Source of the DNA: a virus
Taxonomy: Duplodnaviria > Heunggongvirae > Uroviricota > Caudoviricetes
Direction: 5' to 3' (one strand)
Virus record (IMG/VR): IMGVR_UViG_3300032167_000073
DNA: 64,000 nt
Below, piece after piece: positions 35,778-44,942 of this stretch (positions within the stretch are counted from its first letter, which is position 1; every line of letters starts with the position of its first letter). The position numbers and the translations under genes are program-made. The notes beneath the pieces were generated by a model. The model made no database searches. It worked only from the letters and a program-made list of their open reading frames with translations, and had not been told where the DNA came from.

Positions 35778-36557
35778 ATGATTAAACCCATTTTGTTCAA
35801 TACGCAGATGGTCGCCGCCATTGTAGATGGTAAGAAAACGGTGACGCGAAGAATCGCAAAAGAGCTGTGTGATGATGAGATCGTCAAGGTCATCCCGCCG
35901 GATGGCACACCGGGCAAACATGGTATCAATGTGTATCGTGGTATTCTGCCGGATAGGGGAGACGGTAATACTTATTGTGTCGAAGCGCCGCCTCCGTTTG
36001 CCGTGGGCGATATTCTCTATGTGCGCGAAACGTTTGCCCGTGGCCGTATCGAAATGACTGATGAGCCGGATGGTTATCCCGGTCAGTATTACATTTCTCA
36101 GTGCCTTGGCGAGAATGATATCATCTTTAAAGAAGCGGCAATCCGGCATGATTTCGGCATGGATGATGTTGTCTGGACTCCATCCATTCATATGCCCAAG
36201 TGGGCGGCTCGCCTTTTCCTTCGCGTGAAAAGCGTCAAATTGTATCATTTAAATGATATGACCGAAGAAGATGCAATCGCGGAAGGGTTTGAAGATCGTA
36301 AAGCAGGAGAAGATTCTCCGCTTGAGCGCTTCTCCGAGCTTTGGGATACGACGATTAAACCCGTCGAAATCGACAGGTTTGGCTGGTATGCAAATCCGTG
36401 GGTGTGGGCTGTGGAGTTTGAGCGCACGGAAGAACCCGATGGTTGGTGCGATTTGGCTCCGACGAATGGCAAGCCGTCAGATGTAATCGTAACACCGGAC
36501 TGGCTTTTGAATCCCGAAGAGGAGGTGTTGATCAGTGGAAACGTCCAATCGGAATGA
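35778..36557 (+). CDS. ASCH (PUA-like) domain protein
   Basis: N-terminus MIKPILFNTQMVAAIVDGKKTVTRR is the typical ASCH start. Confidence 0.55.
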   Translation: MIKPILFNTQMVAAIVDGKKTVTRRIAKELCDDEIVKVIPPDGTPGKHGINVYRGILPDRGDGNTYCVEAPPPFAVGDILYVRETFARGRIEMTDEPDGYPGQYYISQCLGENDIIFKEAAIRHDFGMDDVVWTPSIHMPKWAARLFLRVKSVKLYHLNDMTEEDAIAEGFEDRKAGEDSPLERFSELWDTTIKPVEIDRFGWYANPWVWAVEFERTEEPDGWCDLAPTNGKPSDVIVTPDWLLNPEEEVLISGNVQSE

Positions 36558-36990
36558 TGTACAAGAGCAACTTGACCGGGTTGGCATGTCTGTAAAGGAT
36601 CTTCCAACAGGAATGCAAATCCTGTGCAATACGGAATCCTTTAATGCACTGTGTAAGCGGATTACAGATATGATGGAAGCAAGCGATATGGGCAATATCT
36701 TTGTGTTTGCCTGTCATCAGACGCAGGCCATCGATCTTCTGACACAGGCGCTCAAGTATGCATGCGATCAGAGAGATGCTTTGGTAAGCATGATGTCTAA
36801 GAGCCGTGGTCGATGTGAATTCTGCGCTTGGAATGAGGGCGTTCAGACATGGGATGTATGCCCGTATGAATATTCTCATGCATGCCATATTGGTATTGCT
36901 GATTATTGGGAAATGAACAAAGCGCTTAGAAAGATTATGCTCAGAAAGGATATGCAGCCATGCTCTACACAACCTATTTTGCAAATGTGA
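36535..36990 (+). CDS. hypothetical Cys-rich protein (151 aa)
   Basis: ORF on + strand. Confidence 0.45.
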   Translation: METSNRNDVQEQLDRVGMSVKDLPTGMQILCNTESFNALCKRITDMMEASDMGNIFVFACHQTQAIDLLTQALKYACDQRDALVSMMSKSRGRCEFCAWNEGVQTWDVCPYEYSHACHIGIADYWEMNKALRKIMLRKDMQPCSTQPILQM

Positions 36991-37325
36991 AAAAGCTCCC
37001 GCCGGATATTATCCCCATCAGTATTTGCGGGAAAGCGCCGGGTGGATACAAGGGTTTGCAGTATAAGACGCTCGCGCCTATGTATGCGTTCTTCCAGAAA
37101 TGGAAGGAAACCAGAGACAACCATTACTACGTGCAATGCTATAACGAGCAGGTGCTGCTGATGCTTGATGCAAACCGCGTTCTTGAAGAACTGAAAGCTT
37201 TGTCTGGCGGCGCTGAGAATATCGCGCTTGTCTGCTACGAGAAGCCGGAGGATTTCTGTCATCGTCATTTGGTCGCTAACTGGTTTAGAGAGAATGGCAT
37301 TCAGATTAAAGAGTGGGGTACGTAA
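36960..37325 (+). CDS. hypothetical protein (121 aa)
   Basis: MLYTTYFANVKKLP... ; ORF on + strand. Confidence 0.45.
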   Translation: MLYTTYFANVKKLPPDIIPISICGKAPGGYKGLQYKTLAPMYAFFQKWKETRDNHYYVQCYNEQVLLMLDANRVLEELKALSGGAENIALVCYEKPEDFCHRHLVANWFRENGIQIKEWGT

Positions 37326-37338
37326 GAAGGAGGATTAT

Positions 37339-37506
37339 ATGCTTGCAGTTCTTGAATTCATTTTTCAGGATTTCTGGCATTGGGCGGGTGCGCTGGTGCT
37401 GGTGTCCGTAATCGTATCGCCGCTTGGCGGTGCGCTGATTAGCTGCAATATCAATAGCAGCAAGAACACACAGAAGGAAGAAATAAGCAATGATTGTAAG
37501 AGCTAA
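37339..37506 (+). CDS. small membrane protein
   Basis: hydrophobic helix AGALVLVSVIVSPLGGALI. Confidence 0.4.
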   Translation: MLAVLEFIFQDFWHWAGALVLVSVIVSPLGGALISCNINSSKNTQKEEISNDCKS

Positions 37507-37903
37507 ATTGCTGCCCATGCCGAACAATGGGCGAATATCTCAGTGCTCCTGCTGTGGTGGCGGAGTGGACACATCAACGCAGCCAATCAGTTGCCCATGG
37601 TGTAATGCTTGGCTGAGTAAGGTTAGTAAGGAGGATAAGATGTCTATGGATATTGGCGGCGCAGTAAAGGCGCTGAAGGATGGTAAGCGTGTAACTCGTT
37701 CGGCTTGGCATGCTGGCATGTTTGTGTATTATGTGCCTGCCTCGCGGTATGATGCGTATACCGATGCTGGAAAATCGATTGCCGGAGATGATGGAAAGGT
37801 CGCTTATAATGCTTATCTTGCAGCAAAATCTAACCATAGCGCTGTGAATGTGTGGTTCCCGGCCTTGGCGGATATTCTTGCCGACGATTGGCATATTGTG
37901 TAA
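37490..37903 (+). CDS. DUF2829-family protein (Tad2-like fold), N-terminal zinc ribbon
   Basis: GGAVKALKDGKRVTRSAWHAGMFVYY...NHSAVNVWFPALADILADDWHIV matches DUF2829 W/DW signature; alternative start 37640. Confidence 0.55.
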   Translation: MIVRAKLLPMPNNGRISQCSCCGGGVDTSTQPISCPWCNAWLSKVSKEDKMSMDIGGAVKALKDGKRVTRSAWHAGMFVYYVPASRYDAYTDAGKSIAGDDGKVAYNAYLAAKSNHSAVNVWFPALADILADDWHIV

Positions 37904-37930
37904 GGGGAAATGCATAATTTCCCCTTTTAA
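37904..37930 (+). terminator. rho-independent terminator
   Basis: ggggaaatgcataatttcccc + ttttaaaataa. Confidence 0.6.
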
Positions 37931-37979
37931 AATAATGCAGAAAAAGTATTGACAGAATATAATGTCTGGAGTTATACTT
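37931..37979 (+). promoter_or_regulatory. conserved phage promoter module, class 1
   Basis: AATGCAGAAAAAGTATTGACA (37949-37954), N18 incl. GTCTGGAGT, TATACT. Confidence 0.7.
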
Positions 37980-38061
37980 TTATCAGTTGAAAGCCCCAAA
38001 GTTTGGGACGTACAAACTGAAATATCGTAGATAAAAACACTGTTTTATCGTCAAAAGAAGG

Positions 38062-38289
38062 GTGGAGCCTATGGAATGGACTGAAAAGCGTTTTGTGCCG
38101 GATCTAAATCATACGAAGGTGGCAGACGGTTATGAAAACGTGTGCGAATCCTGTGCCGATTGGGGAAGGGCGTGTGAAACATGCGGCGCTTGTGTTCCTC
38201 TGATCAATGGACGATATAAAACAGAAGAACAGAAGTTTGTCCAGCATACACTTTGCGGCATTCCGGTTGGCGTGCCGTGTGCAATCTGA
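38062..38289 (+). CDS. small Cys-rich protein
   Basis: CESCADWGRACETCGACVP. Confidence 0.4.
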   Translation: MEPMEWTEKRFVPDLNHTKVADGYENVCESCADWGRACETCGACVPLINGRYKTEEQKFVQHTLCGIPVGVPCAI

Positions 38290-38309
38290 TAAAGGAGAGA
38301 AAAGCGTTT

Positions 38310-38492
38310 ATGAATCATGTAATGGCATATGTTCTTATGGCATGTGGATGTTGGAATATTTTTTTCGGCTTGTCTTGTAATACAGCCGATATGAAAACAG
38401 CGGTATATGGTAAAGTGATTCCATTTTTTACAGGTTGCGCCGTTTGCCTGTGTGCGATGAATATTCTTGGATGGGTGAATATCTTCGCCTGA
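38310..38492 (+). CDS. small membrane protein
   Basis: two hydrophobic helices. Confidence 0.4.
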   Translation: MNHVMAYVLMACGCWNIFFGLSCNTADMKTAVYGKVIPFFTGCAVCLCAMNILGWVNIFA

Positions 38493-38511
38493 TGAAAGGA
38501 GAAACAACATA

Positions 38512-38961
38512 ATGACGCTTGAAGTTTTGCAAAAAGAAATGATCGCCGCCATGAAGTCCGGCGAAAAGTTCCGTAAGTCCGTACTTTCCGATATCATTGC
38601 GTCCGTCAAGAAGGTTGCGCTTGATAAGGGATGCCGTGATGACGTTTCAGAATCTCTTGTCGATGAAGTGCTCATCAAATACAAGAAGACTGTTCAGGAG
38701 ATGATCGACACCTGCCCCGGTGAGCGTGTTGAAACCATGGCGGAGTATGTTCGTCAGTTCGATATTGTCGATGAGTTTGCGCCCAAGCTGATTGACGACG
38801 AAGAGAAGATCCGTCAGCTTATCGTTGGCATTGCCTTGCAGCTCAATATCCAGCTTGAGAAGAAGAATCGTGGGCTGCTGATGAAATCGCTGTCCGCCGA
38901 GCTGAAGGGGAAAGCGGATATGGCTGTTGTCAGCAAGGTTGCCTCTCAGCTTTTGCAGTGA
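38512..38961 (+). CDS. GatB/YqeY domain protein
   Basis: MTLEVLQKEMIAAMKSGEKFRKSVLSDIIASVKK... collinear with YqeY family. Confidence 0.6.
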   Translation: MTLEVLQKEMIAAMKSGEKFRKSVLSDIIASVKKVALDKGCRDDVSESLVDEVLIKYKKTVQEMIDTCPGERVETMAEYVRQFDIVDEFAPKLIDDEEKIRQLIVGIALQLNIQLEKKNRGLLMKSLSAELKGKADMAVVSKVASQLLQ

Positions 38962-38970
38962 GGTGGCCTG

Positions 38971-39273
38971 ATGGGTATCGTGTACATCAATGCTCCGCAG
39001 TTTCTTGTAGATGGAAATGCGAAGTTTAGAAAGCTCATGTTCATCAAGAAGGGCGGGAGAGCCGTCCATCAAGGAACCGGGATGGATATTTCGCGCGACT
39101 ATTTTGATGCCGAGCTCATCTGCATATCCAATGAGGATGAGGAAAACTGGATTGGTAATTATGCAGAAGGTCTAGGCTTTTTCAACATCCGTTTCGCAAA
39201 GGCAGACTGCCGCGAGGCTACGGATGAAGAAGTGCGCATGTGGCGAAAAGATCATGAGTCAATCAAGTTTTAA
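38971..39273 (+). CDS. hypothetical protein (100 aa)
   Basis: ORF on + strand. Confidence 0.45.
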   Translation: MGIVYINAPQFLVDGNAKFRKLMFIKKGGRAVHQGTGMDISRDYFDAELICISNEDEENWIGNYAEGLGFFNIRFAKADCREATDEEVRMWRKDHESIKF

Positions 39274-39487
39274 TGAGTTAATAAATATGGGTAAAATCAT
39301 TGGAATAAAGGCGATTGATATTCTGGTTGAGGATGGAGAAAGGATAAGAACGGTTCGCCTTTCCGATTTTGCAGATCAGGATTTTACGATATCTGGCGAG
39401 CAAGACCTGTCGGATAAAAAACGACCATTGAAATGCAGGCTTACAGTAAACATCGATTGTGATGGTTTCATTGCTCGCATTTTATAA
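39224..39487 (+). CDS. hypothetical protein (87 aa)
   Basis: ORF on + strand. Confidence 0.4.
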   Translation: MKKCACGEKIMSQSSFNELINMGKIIGIKAIDILVEDGERIRTVRLSDFADQDFTISGEQDLSDKKRPLKCRLTVNIDCDGFIARIL

Positions 39488-39497
39488 TTCGCCAAAT

Positions 39498-39540
39498 AAT
39501 AAAGCAGAAAAAATATATTGGGTGATTATAATGACGATAC
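39498..39540 (+). promoter_or_regulatory. conserved promoter module (degenerate: AATAAAGCAGAAAAAATATATTGGGT...TATAAT)
   Basis: upstream element intact, -35 degenerate, TATAAT at 39534-39539. Confidence 0.4.
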
Positions 39541-39773
39541 ATGAATTTCAACATTGCGACGGCATGATGGGCGATGTTAAAACCCTCAATATGTACTTGG
39601 TAAGCTTCGAGGTAGATACCGGGGTTTTGTAAGCATGAATTTGAGATGATCGACGATAAAGTGCTAACGAATAAATCTGGCAATCCGTGTGATCATCTCA
39701 GGGTTTATCGCTGTAAGAAATGCGGGTATGTGCAGCGTGTGTATTCTAGGTCAATTTTTGAGGGATAAGAAAA

Positions 39774-40093
39774 TGACAAGAGAGCAATTAGAAAAGGCAA
39801 ACCTGATCAAAAAAGAGCTTGACGAGATGAAGCAGACGTTAGCTTCTATCGAAAGCTCCGTGTGGCATCGTAAGCGTGATTTGGATAGAAACAAGTCCGG
39901 TCATCGCCATGAGTGGCTAAATAGCTTGTATGCATCGTTTAAGTTCAGATCAAAGAATAGGGCAGCGTTGACCGTTCATTATGAATTCTCATCCCCTATC
40001 GAGTTTGATGTTGATGAGGAATTTGTGGACATGGTTCATGCGTACTTCAAAAGGAAGATTGCAGAGAAGGAAGAGGAGTTAAAAGCAATATAA
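39774..40093 (+). CDS. hypothetical coiled-coil protein
   Basis: ORF; start ambiguous (39689/39774). Confidence 0.4.
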
Positions 40094-40341
40094 TGATGGA
40101 CGAAAAATATATCCTCATCATGGTAACGGATAGGTTTGCGCTAATTCATCCGCCTGAAATCCATGATACATTTGAAGGTGCATATGCGAGCCTTACAGCT
40201 CACGCCAAGGATGTCACAGCGTTGGAAAAGCACGAATACGATTTAAAGCGGTTCAATTACGCTATGTATCGCGTGGATAAGGATTTGAATGTCAAAAGAA
40301 TCATGAACATACCCTATGTGAACATGAAAGCCGGAGGATGA
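40093..40341 (+). CDS. hypothetical protein
   Basis: ATGATGG overlap with upstream stop. Confidence 0.4.
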   Translation: MMDEKYILIMVTDRFALIHPPEIHDTFEGAYASLTAHAKDVTALEKHEYDLKRFNYAMYRVDKDLNVKRIMNIPYVNMKAGG

Positions 40342-40529
40342 AAATGGAACTTTGCATACCTGTCAATCTGCTGATGCAGAAGCTTGATAAGGAGATTGAG
40401 TTATCTTATCAGGAGAGAGAAATTGCGCATAAGGATGTAGAGCGTGCGCATAACAATGGCGAGATTCAAGAGGCAAACAGAATTAAGAGTTTCATCATGT
40501 CGTATGTTGCGTCAGAGCAGAAGAAATGA
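40338..40529 (+). CDS. hypothetical small protein
   Basis: ATGA overlap coupling. Confidence 0.35.
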   Translation: MKMELCIPVNLLMQKLDKEIELSYQEREIAHKDVERAHNNGEIQEANRIKSFIMSYVASEQKK

Positions 40530-40535
40530 GGGTGT

Positions 40536-40916
40536 GTGCGGATGATGAAAAGAACAGCCGATATTGTCCGGTGCTGTAAGAAACACCTGTATCCCGAAGT
40601 CCAAGAAGCGCCGGATAGGATTAGGATGTATATGTCGAAAGAGTGCGCCTGCCCCGTTGAGTATTACACGGATGCCATTCTCAGTCGGATTCTGCTTGAT
40701 GCAATGTGCGACTATCTTGATTCTTGTGATCGCCCTAGCGCGTTTATCAGGCAGATGGCCGACGTAGTTGCCGTTCCGCAGGATCGTGAGCTTACATTTA
40801 TGGACAGGGTTTGCACAAGTTTTCTGCTTGTCCGAGTGATGAAAGATGGAGAATACATTAACGGATTCAAACCGGAATTCTTTGATGATGCGGAGGTAAG
40901 CAATGAGAAAGTTTAG
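40536..40916 (+). CDS. hypothetical protein (126 aa)
   Basis: ORF on + strand. Confidence 0.45.
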   Translation: MRMMKRTADIVRCCKKHLYPEVQEAPDRIRMYMSKECACPVEYYTDAILSRILLDAMCDYLDSCDRPSAFIRQMADVVAVPQDRELTFMDRVCTSFLLVRVMKDGEYINGFKPEFFDDAEVSNEKV

Positions 40917-41544
40917 TATTCACAGAAACTATTATGGCGAATGCGATATCTATGAGCGCGATGAAATTGAGATCAAGCCCGGTGTTACGGTGCTTGTCGG
41001 CTGCAATGGAGCCGGGAAGACGACGCTTATCACGCAAATGATGGAATCGCTAAAAGAGCGCAAAATCATGGCTATCATGTATGATAACCTCCAAGATGGC
41101 GGCGATAGAGCGCTTAGTGCTGCAGGATATAATGAAAACTTTAAGCTCATGGCGAAGCTGATGCAGTCCAGCGAGGGCGAAAACATCGTCAATAACATCG
41201 GCGAATTTGCAGGGCGTTTGGGCAAAATGATTCGTCAGCAGCCGAATGATTCTGAAATCTGGATTTTCTTTGATGCTGTAGATTCTGGCATGAGCATTGA
41301 CAATATTGTCGATGTAAAGAATTTCTTCAATCTGGTTTTGAAGGAAAAAGGGAAGACGGTCTATATCGTCGCTTCTGCCAATGAATACGAGCTTGCCCGT
41401 GGTGAGCAGTGCTTCGATGTTCATAGCGGAAAGTACGTAACCTTTTCAGACTATGAAGATTTCCGTTCGTTCATCCTGAAGTCAAGAGAGATCAAGAAGG
41501 AAAGAAAGTATATTCCTATTGGAAGAAGGAAGAGAAATGAATAG
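40903..41544 (+). CDS. P-loop ATPase (AAA/ABC-like, 213 aa)
   Basis: Walker A VGCNGAGKTTL, Walker B-like IWIFFDAVDSGMS. Confidence 0.6.
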   Translation: MRKFSIHRNYYGECDIYERDEIEIKPGVTVLVGCNGAGKTTLITQMMESLKERKIMAIMYDNLQDGGDRALSAAGYNENFKLMAKLMQSSEGENIVNNIGEFAGRLGKMIRQQPNDSEIWIFFDAVDSGMSIDNIVDVKNFFNLVLKEKGKTVYIVASANEYELARGEQCFDVHSGKYVTFSDYEDFRSFILKSREIKKERKYIPIGRRKRNE

Positions 41545-41758
41545 AGAGTATATGCAGGCTGGCATGGAGCGTATGCTGACCTATCATAACCAGATCCACA
41601 AGGACGAAAGATTGAAGCAGGCGTGCGGACATTGTGATCATTTCTTGGGTAAGGAACATGACTATCATGAATGCAAGCGATGCGCTGTATTCCAGATGTA
41701 TTGCGAATTGCAGCAGTATCATTTTGTTGATACATTCCGCTATGGAGGTTACTACTGA
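41519..41758 (+). CDS. small Cys/His-rich protein
   Basis: CGHCDHF...CKRCAVFQMYC. Confidence 0.4.
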   Translation: MEEGREMNREYMQAGMERMLTYHNQIHKDERLKQACGHCDHFLGKEHDYHECKRCAVFQMYCELQQYHFVDTFRYGGYY

Positions 41759-41763
41759 TATTA

Positions 41764-41846
41764 TAAAAACAAATCAGTAAAAGTATTGACAAACTGAATG
41801 TCTGGAGATATATTATAACCAAGACAGAAAAAGTATATTGCTTTCG
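41764..41846 (+). promoter_or_regulatory. tandem conserved promoter modules (class 1 then class 2-like)
   Basis: AAATCAGTAAAAGTATTGACA-N17-TATATT, then AAGACAGAAAAAGTATATTG. Confidence 0.55.
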
Positions 41847-42167
41847 AGAAAAAATATGAGTATGAATGCACATCACTGCAACGCAGTGCTTACAGAAGAC
41901 AGAGAAAAGGCTGAATGGGCGTTTTCTGCAATTGAAGAAGTGTTTACAGAGGTGTGGGGCAAGGTTGTAAACAGGCGAATGACAAAGAACGATATGCGTC
42001 TCACGTTTGAAAGCGGAGAGCTATTGGTTTGGCTAAAGCCCAGCCAAGAATTGCGCGGGTATCGTTTTCACAGGCTGTTTGCCGATCATGAGCTGACCGT
42101 AGAATATATTCGCGCTTATGTCTTGCCATATATCCGCTGTTCTGTGGACGATATTGTTTGGATCTAA
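41838..42167 (+). CDS. hypothetical protein
   Basis: ORF on + strand. Confidence 0.4.
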   Translation: MLSRKNMSMNAHHCNAVLTEDREKAEWAFSAIEEVFTEVWGKVVNRRMTKNDMRLTFESGELLVWLKPSQELRGYRFHRLFADHELTVEYIRAYVLPYIRCSVDDIVWI

Positions 42168-42466
42168 AAGGAGATGAATGTGATATGGGCAGTTTATACA
42201 ACATGGTTTTCGGCAAGAACCCTGATACAAAGGATATTCTTGCGTTGATTGGTCTTACAGAGGGTGACGTTGAGCGTTTCCGGGATTGCTTTATCGAAGA
42301 TGGCGAGATTGTCATCCTGACGCGCACAGGCGGTCTGAATCGTGAAGACTTTAAGAATAAGGCGCTGATCAGCAATCCGCATTATCTGTATGACAGGGAC
42401 GATGATTTTGATAACACCTATGCGTATTATCATTTCAGCATCCCGGCGGAGCATAAAGAAGGATAA
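42158..42466 (+). CDS. hypothetical protein
   Basis: ORF on + strand. Confidence 0.4.
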   Translation: MDLKGDECDMGSLYNMVFGKNPDTKDILALIGLTEGDVERFRDCFIEDGEIVILTRTGGLNREDFKNKALISNPHYLYDRDDDFDNTYAYYHFSIPAEHKEG

Positions 42467-42584
42467 AATATTTCTTTTATCCTGATGCCCAAAGTATCGG
42501 GGTTTTCAGGACTTGAAAGAAACCGTCAGCGCATCTTATTTGTGATGCGCTTTCAGAAATACAGCAAACTTAGGTGATTATTCG

Positions 42585-43292
42585 ATGAGTGATAAAAGAA
42601 ATACTTTAGCTCCTGCGCAGCCGCTCAATATCTTGGTGGCCTGCGAGGAGTCTCAGGTAGTTACGATAGAACTACGCAGGCGCGGTCATCGCGCATTCTC
42701 CTGTGACATTCTGGATTGTTCAGGCGATCATCCGCAGTGGCATATCAAGCAGGATGTAATTCCTTTGCTTGGCGGTAATTGTGAATTTACAACGTGTGAT
42801 GGGAAGCGGCATGCTGTGCATGGCCGTTGGGATATGATCATTGCTTTTCCGCCGTGTACGTATTTGACCAATGCTGGTGCGCGTCATCTTTGGAAAGGGC
42901 ATGTGCTCAATCAGGAGCGCTATCAGAAAGGGCTTGAAGCCAAGGCATTCTTTATGCAGTTCTATCATGCGCCATGCGATAGGATTGTAATTGAGAATCC
43001 AACGCCGAGCCGTATCTATGATCTGCCAAAGCCATCTCAGACAATTCAGCCTTGGCAGTTTGGGCATCCATTCACGAAGCGAACAAATCTGTGGGAGATA
43101 GGCGTTCCGCCTCTTACTCCTACGGACATTGTTGAACCAACAAGAACATGGTGTCCTTCTGGCTCATATTCAAAGCGTCACGGAGAGCAGCATCGCGGTA
43201 TGTTTACAACAGATAGAGCCAGAAATAGGAGCAAAACATTCCCCGGTATTGCAGCGGCCATGGCCGAGCAATGGACAGAAAGAGTGATTTGA
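42585..43292 (+). CDS. hypothetical protein with C5-cytosine-MTase-like PPC and ENP motifs (possible divergent DNA-modification enzyme)
   Basis: AFPPCTYLTNAGARH resembles MTase motif IV (PCQ), VIENPTPS resembles motif VI (ENV); motif I not clear, protein short (235 aa). Confidence 0.3.
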   Translation: MSDKRNTLAPAQPLNILVACEESQVVTIELRRRGHRAFSCDILDCSGDHPQWHIKQDVIPLLGGNCEFTTCDGKRHAVHGRWDMIIAFPPCTYLTNAGARHLWKGHVLNQERYQKGLEAKAFFMQFYHAPCDRIVIENPTPSRIYDLPKPSQTIQPWQFGHPFTKRTNLWEIGVPPLTPTDIVEPTRTWCPSGSYSKRHGEQHRGMFTTDRARNRSKTFPGIAAAMAEQWTERVI

Positions 43293-43481
43293 ATGGATTT
43301 AACAGTGCAGTTTAATGAGCTGAATAGGTTTATGGAAATCTTCGGAAGCCATAGATTTGCGCTCGTTTTTGAAACGTTTTCAGAGAGATTGATTGCAATT
43401 GCAAGGGAATCCAACATTACTCCCGGTGAATTGTTTGACTTGTGGATGAAAGATAGGGAGCAGACACATGAGAATGACTGA
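43293..43481 (+). CDS. hypothetical small protein
   Basis: ATG overlapping upstream stop (TGAATGG). Confidence 0.35.
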   Translation: MDLTVQFNELNRFMEIFGSHRFALVFETFSERLIAIARESNITPGELFDLWMKDREQTHEND

Positions 43482-44031
43482 GGCAGAACTGAAACAAGCC
43501 ATTCCATTTATGTACCGATCTGATAAAGATATGGTTGCCGTTGAGTATGGCGATATCCCGTCCTATACATATACATATGAGAATTACCAGTATTGGCAGG
43601 GACATAAGGGTACGATTTCAAATGTTTCGGCTGTAGAAGCTTATATGTATGCCGTCAACGGAGGCTATCATGTGTATAGCACACTGATTGGCACCGTTCA
43701 GATATCCGTAAAGGGTGATGTTCTTTGCGGCAGCATAAACGTAAAGTATCGTGGAATGACATATTCCATTTGGCTGAATCTCATGTATGGTCTGAAATCT
43801 CTGTCCATCATGCATATTAGCGCAAGCTCAGTGACTGGATTTACCAATTCAGATGGGCAGAGCAGCCCAACAAGGAAAGCAAATACCAAGGAGATTGACA
43901 AAGACGTTCTTGAGAAGATCCTGAACGATCCTCTTGAAGATTACGGCGTGGGTATCCAGCTCTTTATGGAAGCTGTGCGCAAGACATATGAGCTTGGCAA
44001 GACAAACTGTATTATGGAGAAACACTTATAA
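43468..44031 (+). CDS. hypothetical protein (187 aa)
   Basis: ORF on + strand. Confidence 0.5.
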   Translation: MRMTEAELKQAIPFMYRSDKDMVAVEYGDIPSYTYTYENYQYWQGHKGTISNVSAVEAYMYAVNGGYHVYSTLIGTVQISVKGDVLCGSINVKYRGMTYSIWLNLMYGLKSLSIMHISASSVTGFTNSDGQSSPTRKANTKEIDKDVLEKILNDPLEDYGVGIQLFMEAVRKTYELGKTNCIMEKHL

Positions 44032-44052
44032 ATGGAATAGAGGTAAAAGGAT

Positions 44053-44469
44053 ATGGACAATAGCAGGTATATGTACAACATGACCATTGGCGATTGGTCT
44101 GACGATGGTCATAGCGAGTCTGTGAACTTTGTCTTTTTCAGCAACAAGCCGATTGAAGACGTTCGTGAAGCGCATTATCGGATTAAGGAAGTGACCGGAA
44201 TTGATATCGAAAGTATCTGTTCCGATTACGATGAGGACTGGATTGATGACGATATCTTTGAGCAGATCGTCGCTCTGGGTTTTGAGTTTGACGACGATTC
44301 CATGATGCCGTCCGAACACGAGCTTGCAAAGCTTTGGGCATTTCTTCTCAATCAGGTCGATCCCGATTTGAGTATTCGCGTCTTGACGGATCTGGAAAGA
44401 ATTCATTTCCATGGTCTTGATGAAAAGCGCAGGCATATTGGTTCTGTTGGATATGGCCTTTTCTGTTGA
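44053..44469 (+). CDS. hypothetical acidic protein
   Basis: ORF on + strand. Confidence 0.45.
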   Translation: MDNSRYMYNMTIGDWSDDGHSESVNFVFFSNKPIEDVREAHYRIKEVTGIDIESICSDYDEDWIDDDIFEQIVALGFEFDDDSMMPSEHELAKLWAFLLNQVDPDLSIRVLTDLERIHFHGLDEKRRHIGSVGYGLFC

Positions 44470-44478
44470 GGTATATAA

Positions 44479-44775
44479 ATGAGTTACAATTGGGCGGTCA
44501 TATCTGACAATGCAGAAAAGATAGAAAAGGTATTTTCTATTGTCAAAGACGAGCTTGGCAAGGAAAACATTATCTATGATAAGGCGCAGCCTTATGGAAG
44601 AAGGGTTCTCTTTGCAGATGGGCATACATTTTCTTCAATCAAGCCATCTCCCTATATGCGAGGCGTGAGAATTGAGCGCGTGTGGATTGATGAAGATTTG
44701 AAGCAAAATGAAGATGTTCGATGTCTGGTATATCCGACGCTACTCTGCAAACTGAGCGACATCGTTTGGATTTAA
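44479..44775 (+). CDS. hypothetical protein
   Basis: ORF on + strand. Confidence 0.4.
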   Translation: MSYNWAVISDNAEKIEKVFSIVKDELGKENIIYDKAQPYGRRVLFADGHTFSSIKPSPYMRGVRIERVWIDEDLKQNEDVRCLVYPTLLCKLSDIVWI

Positions 44776-44942
44776 TGAACAGATCAAATTGACTTTTTAT
44801 CGTCGATTTGCATTGCTGTAACCTCCATAGTTTGAGCTTTTGTATTCTGCTGTCATTTTCAAGAATTGTTAATGGTGGCAGAATAGCTCAATGTTTGAGC
44901 TTTATAAGTTCATTGTGATATAAAAAGTCAAGTTCATACGAT

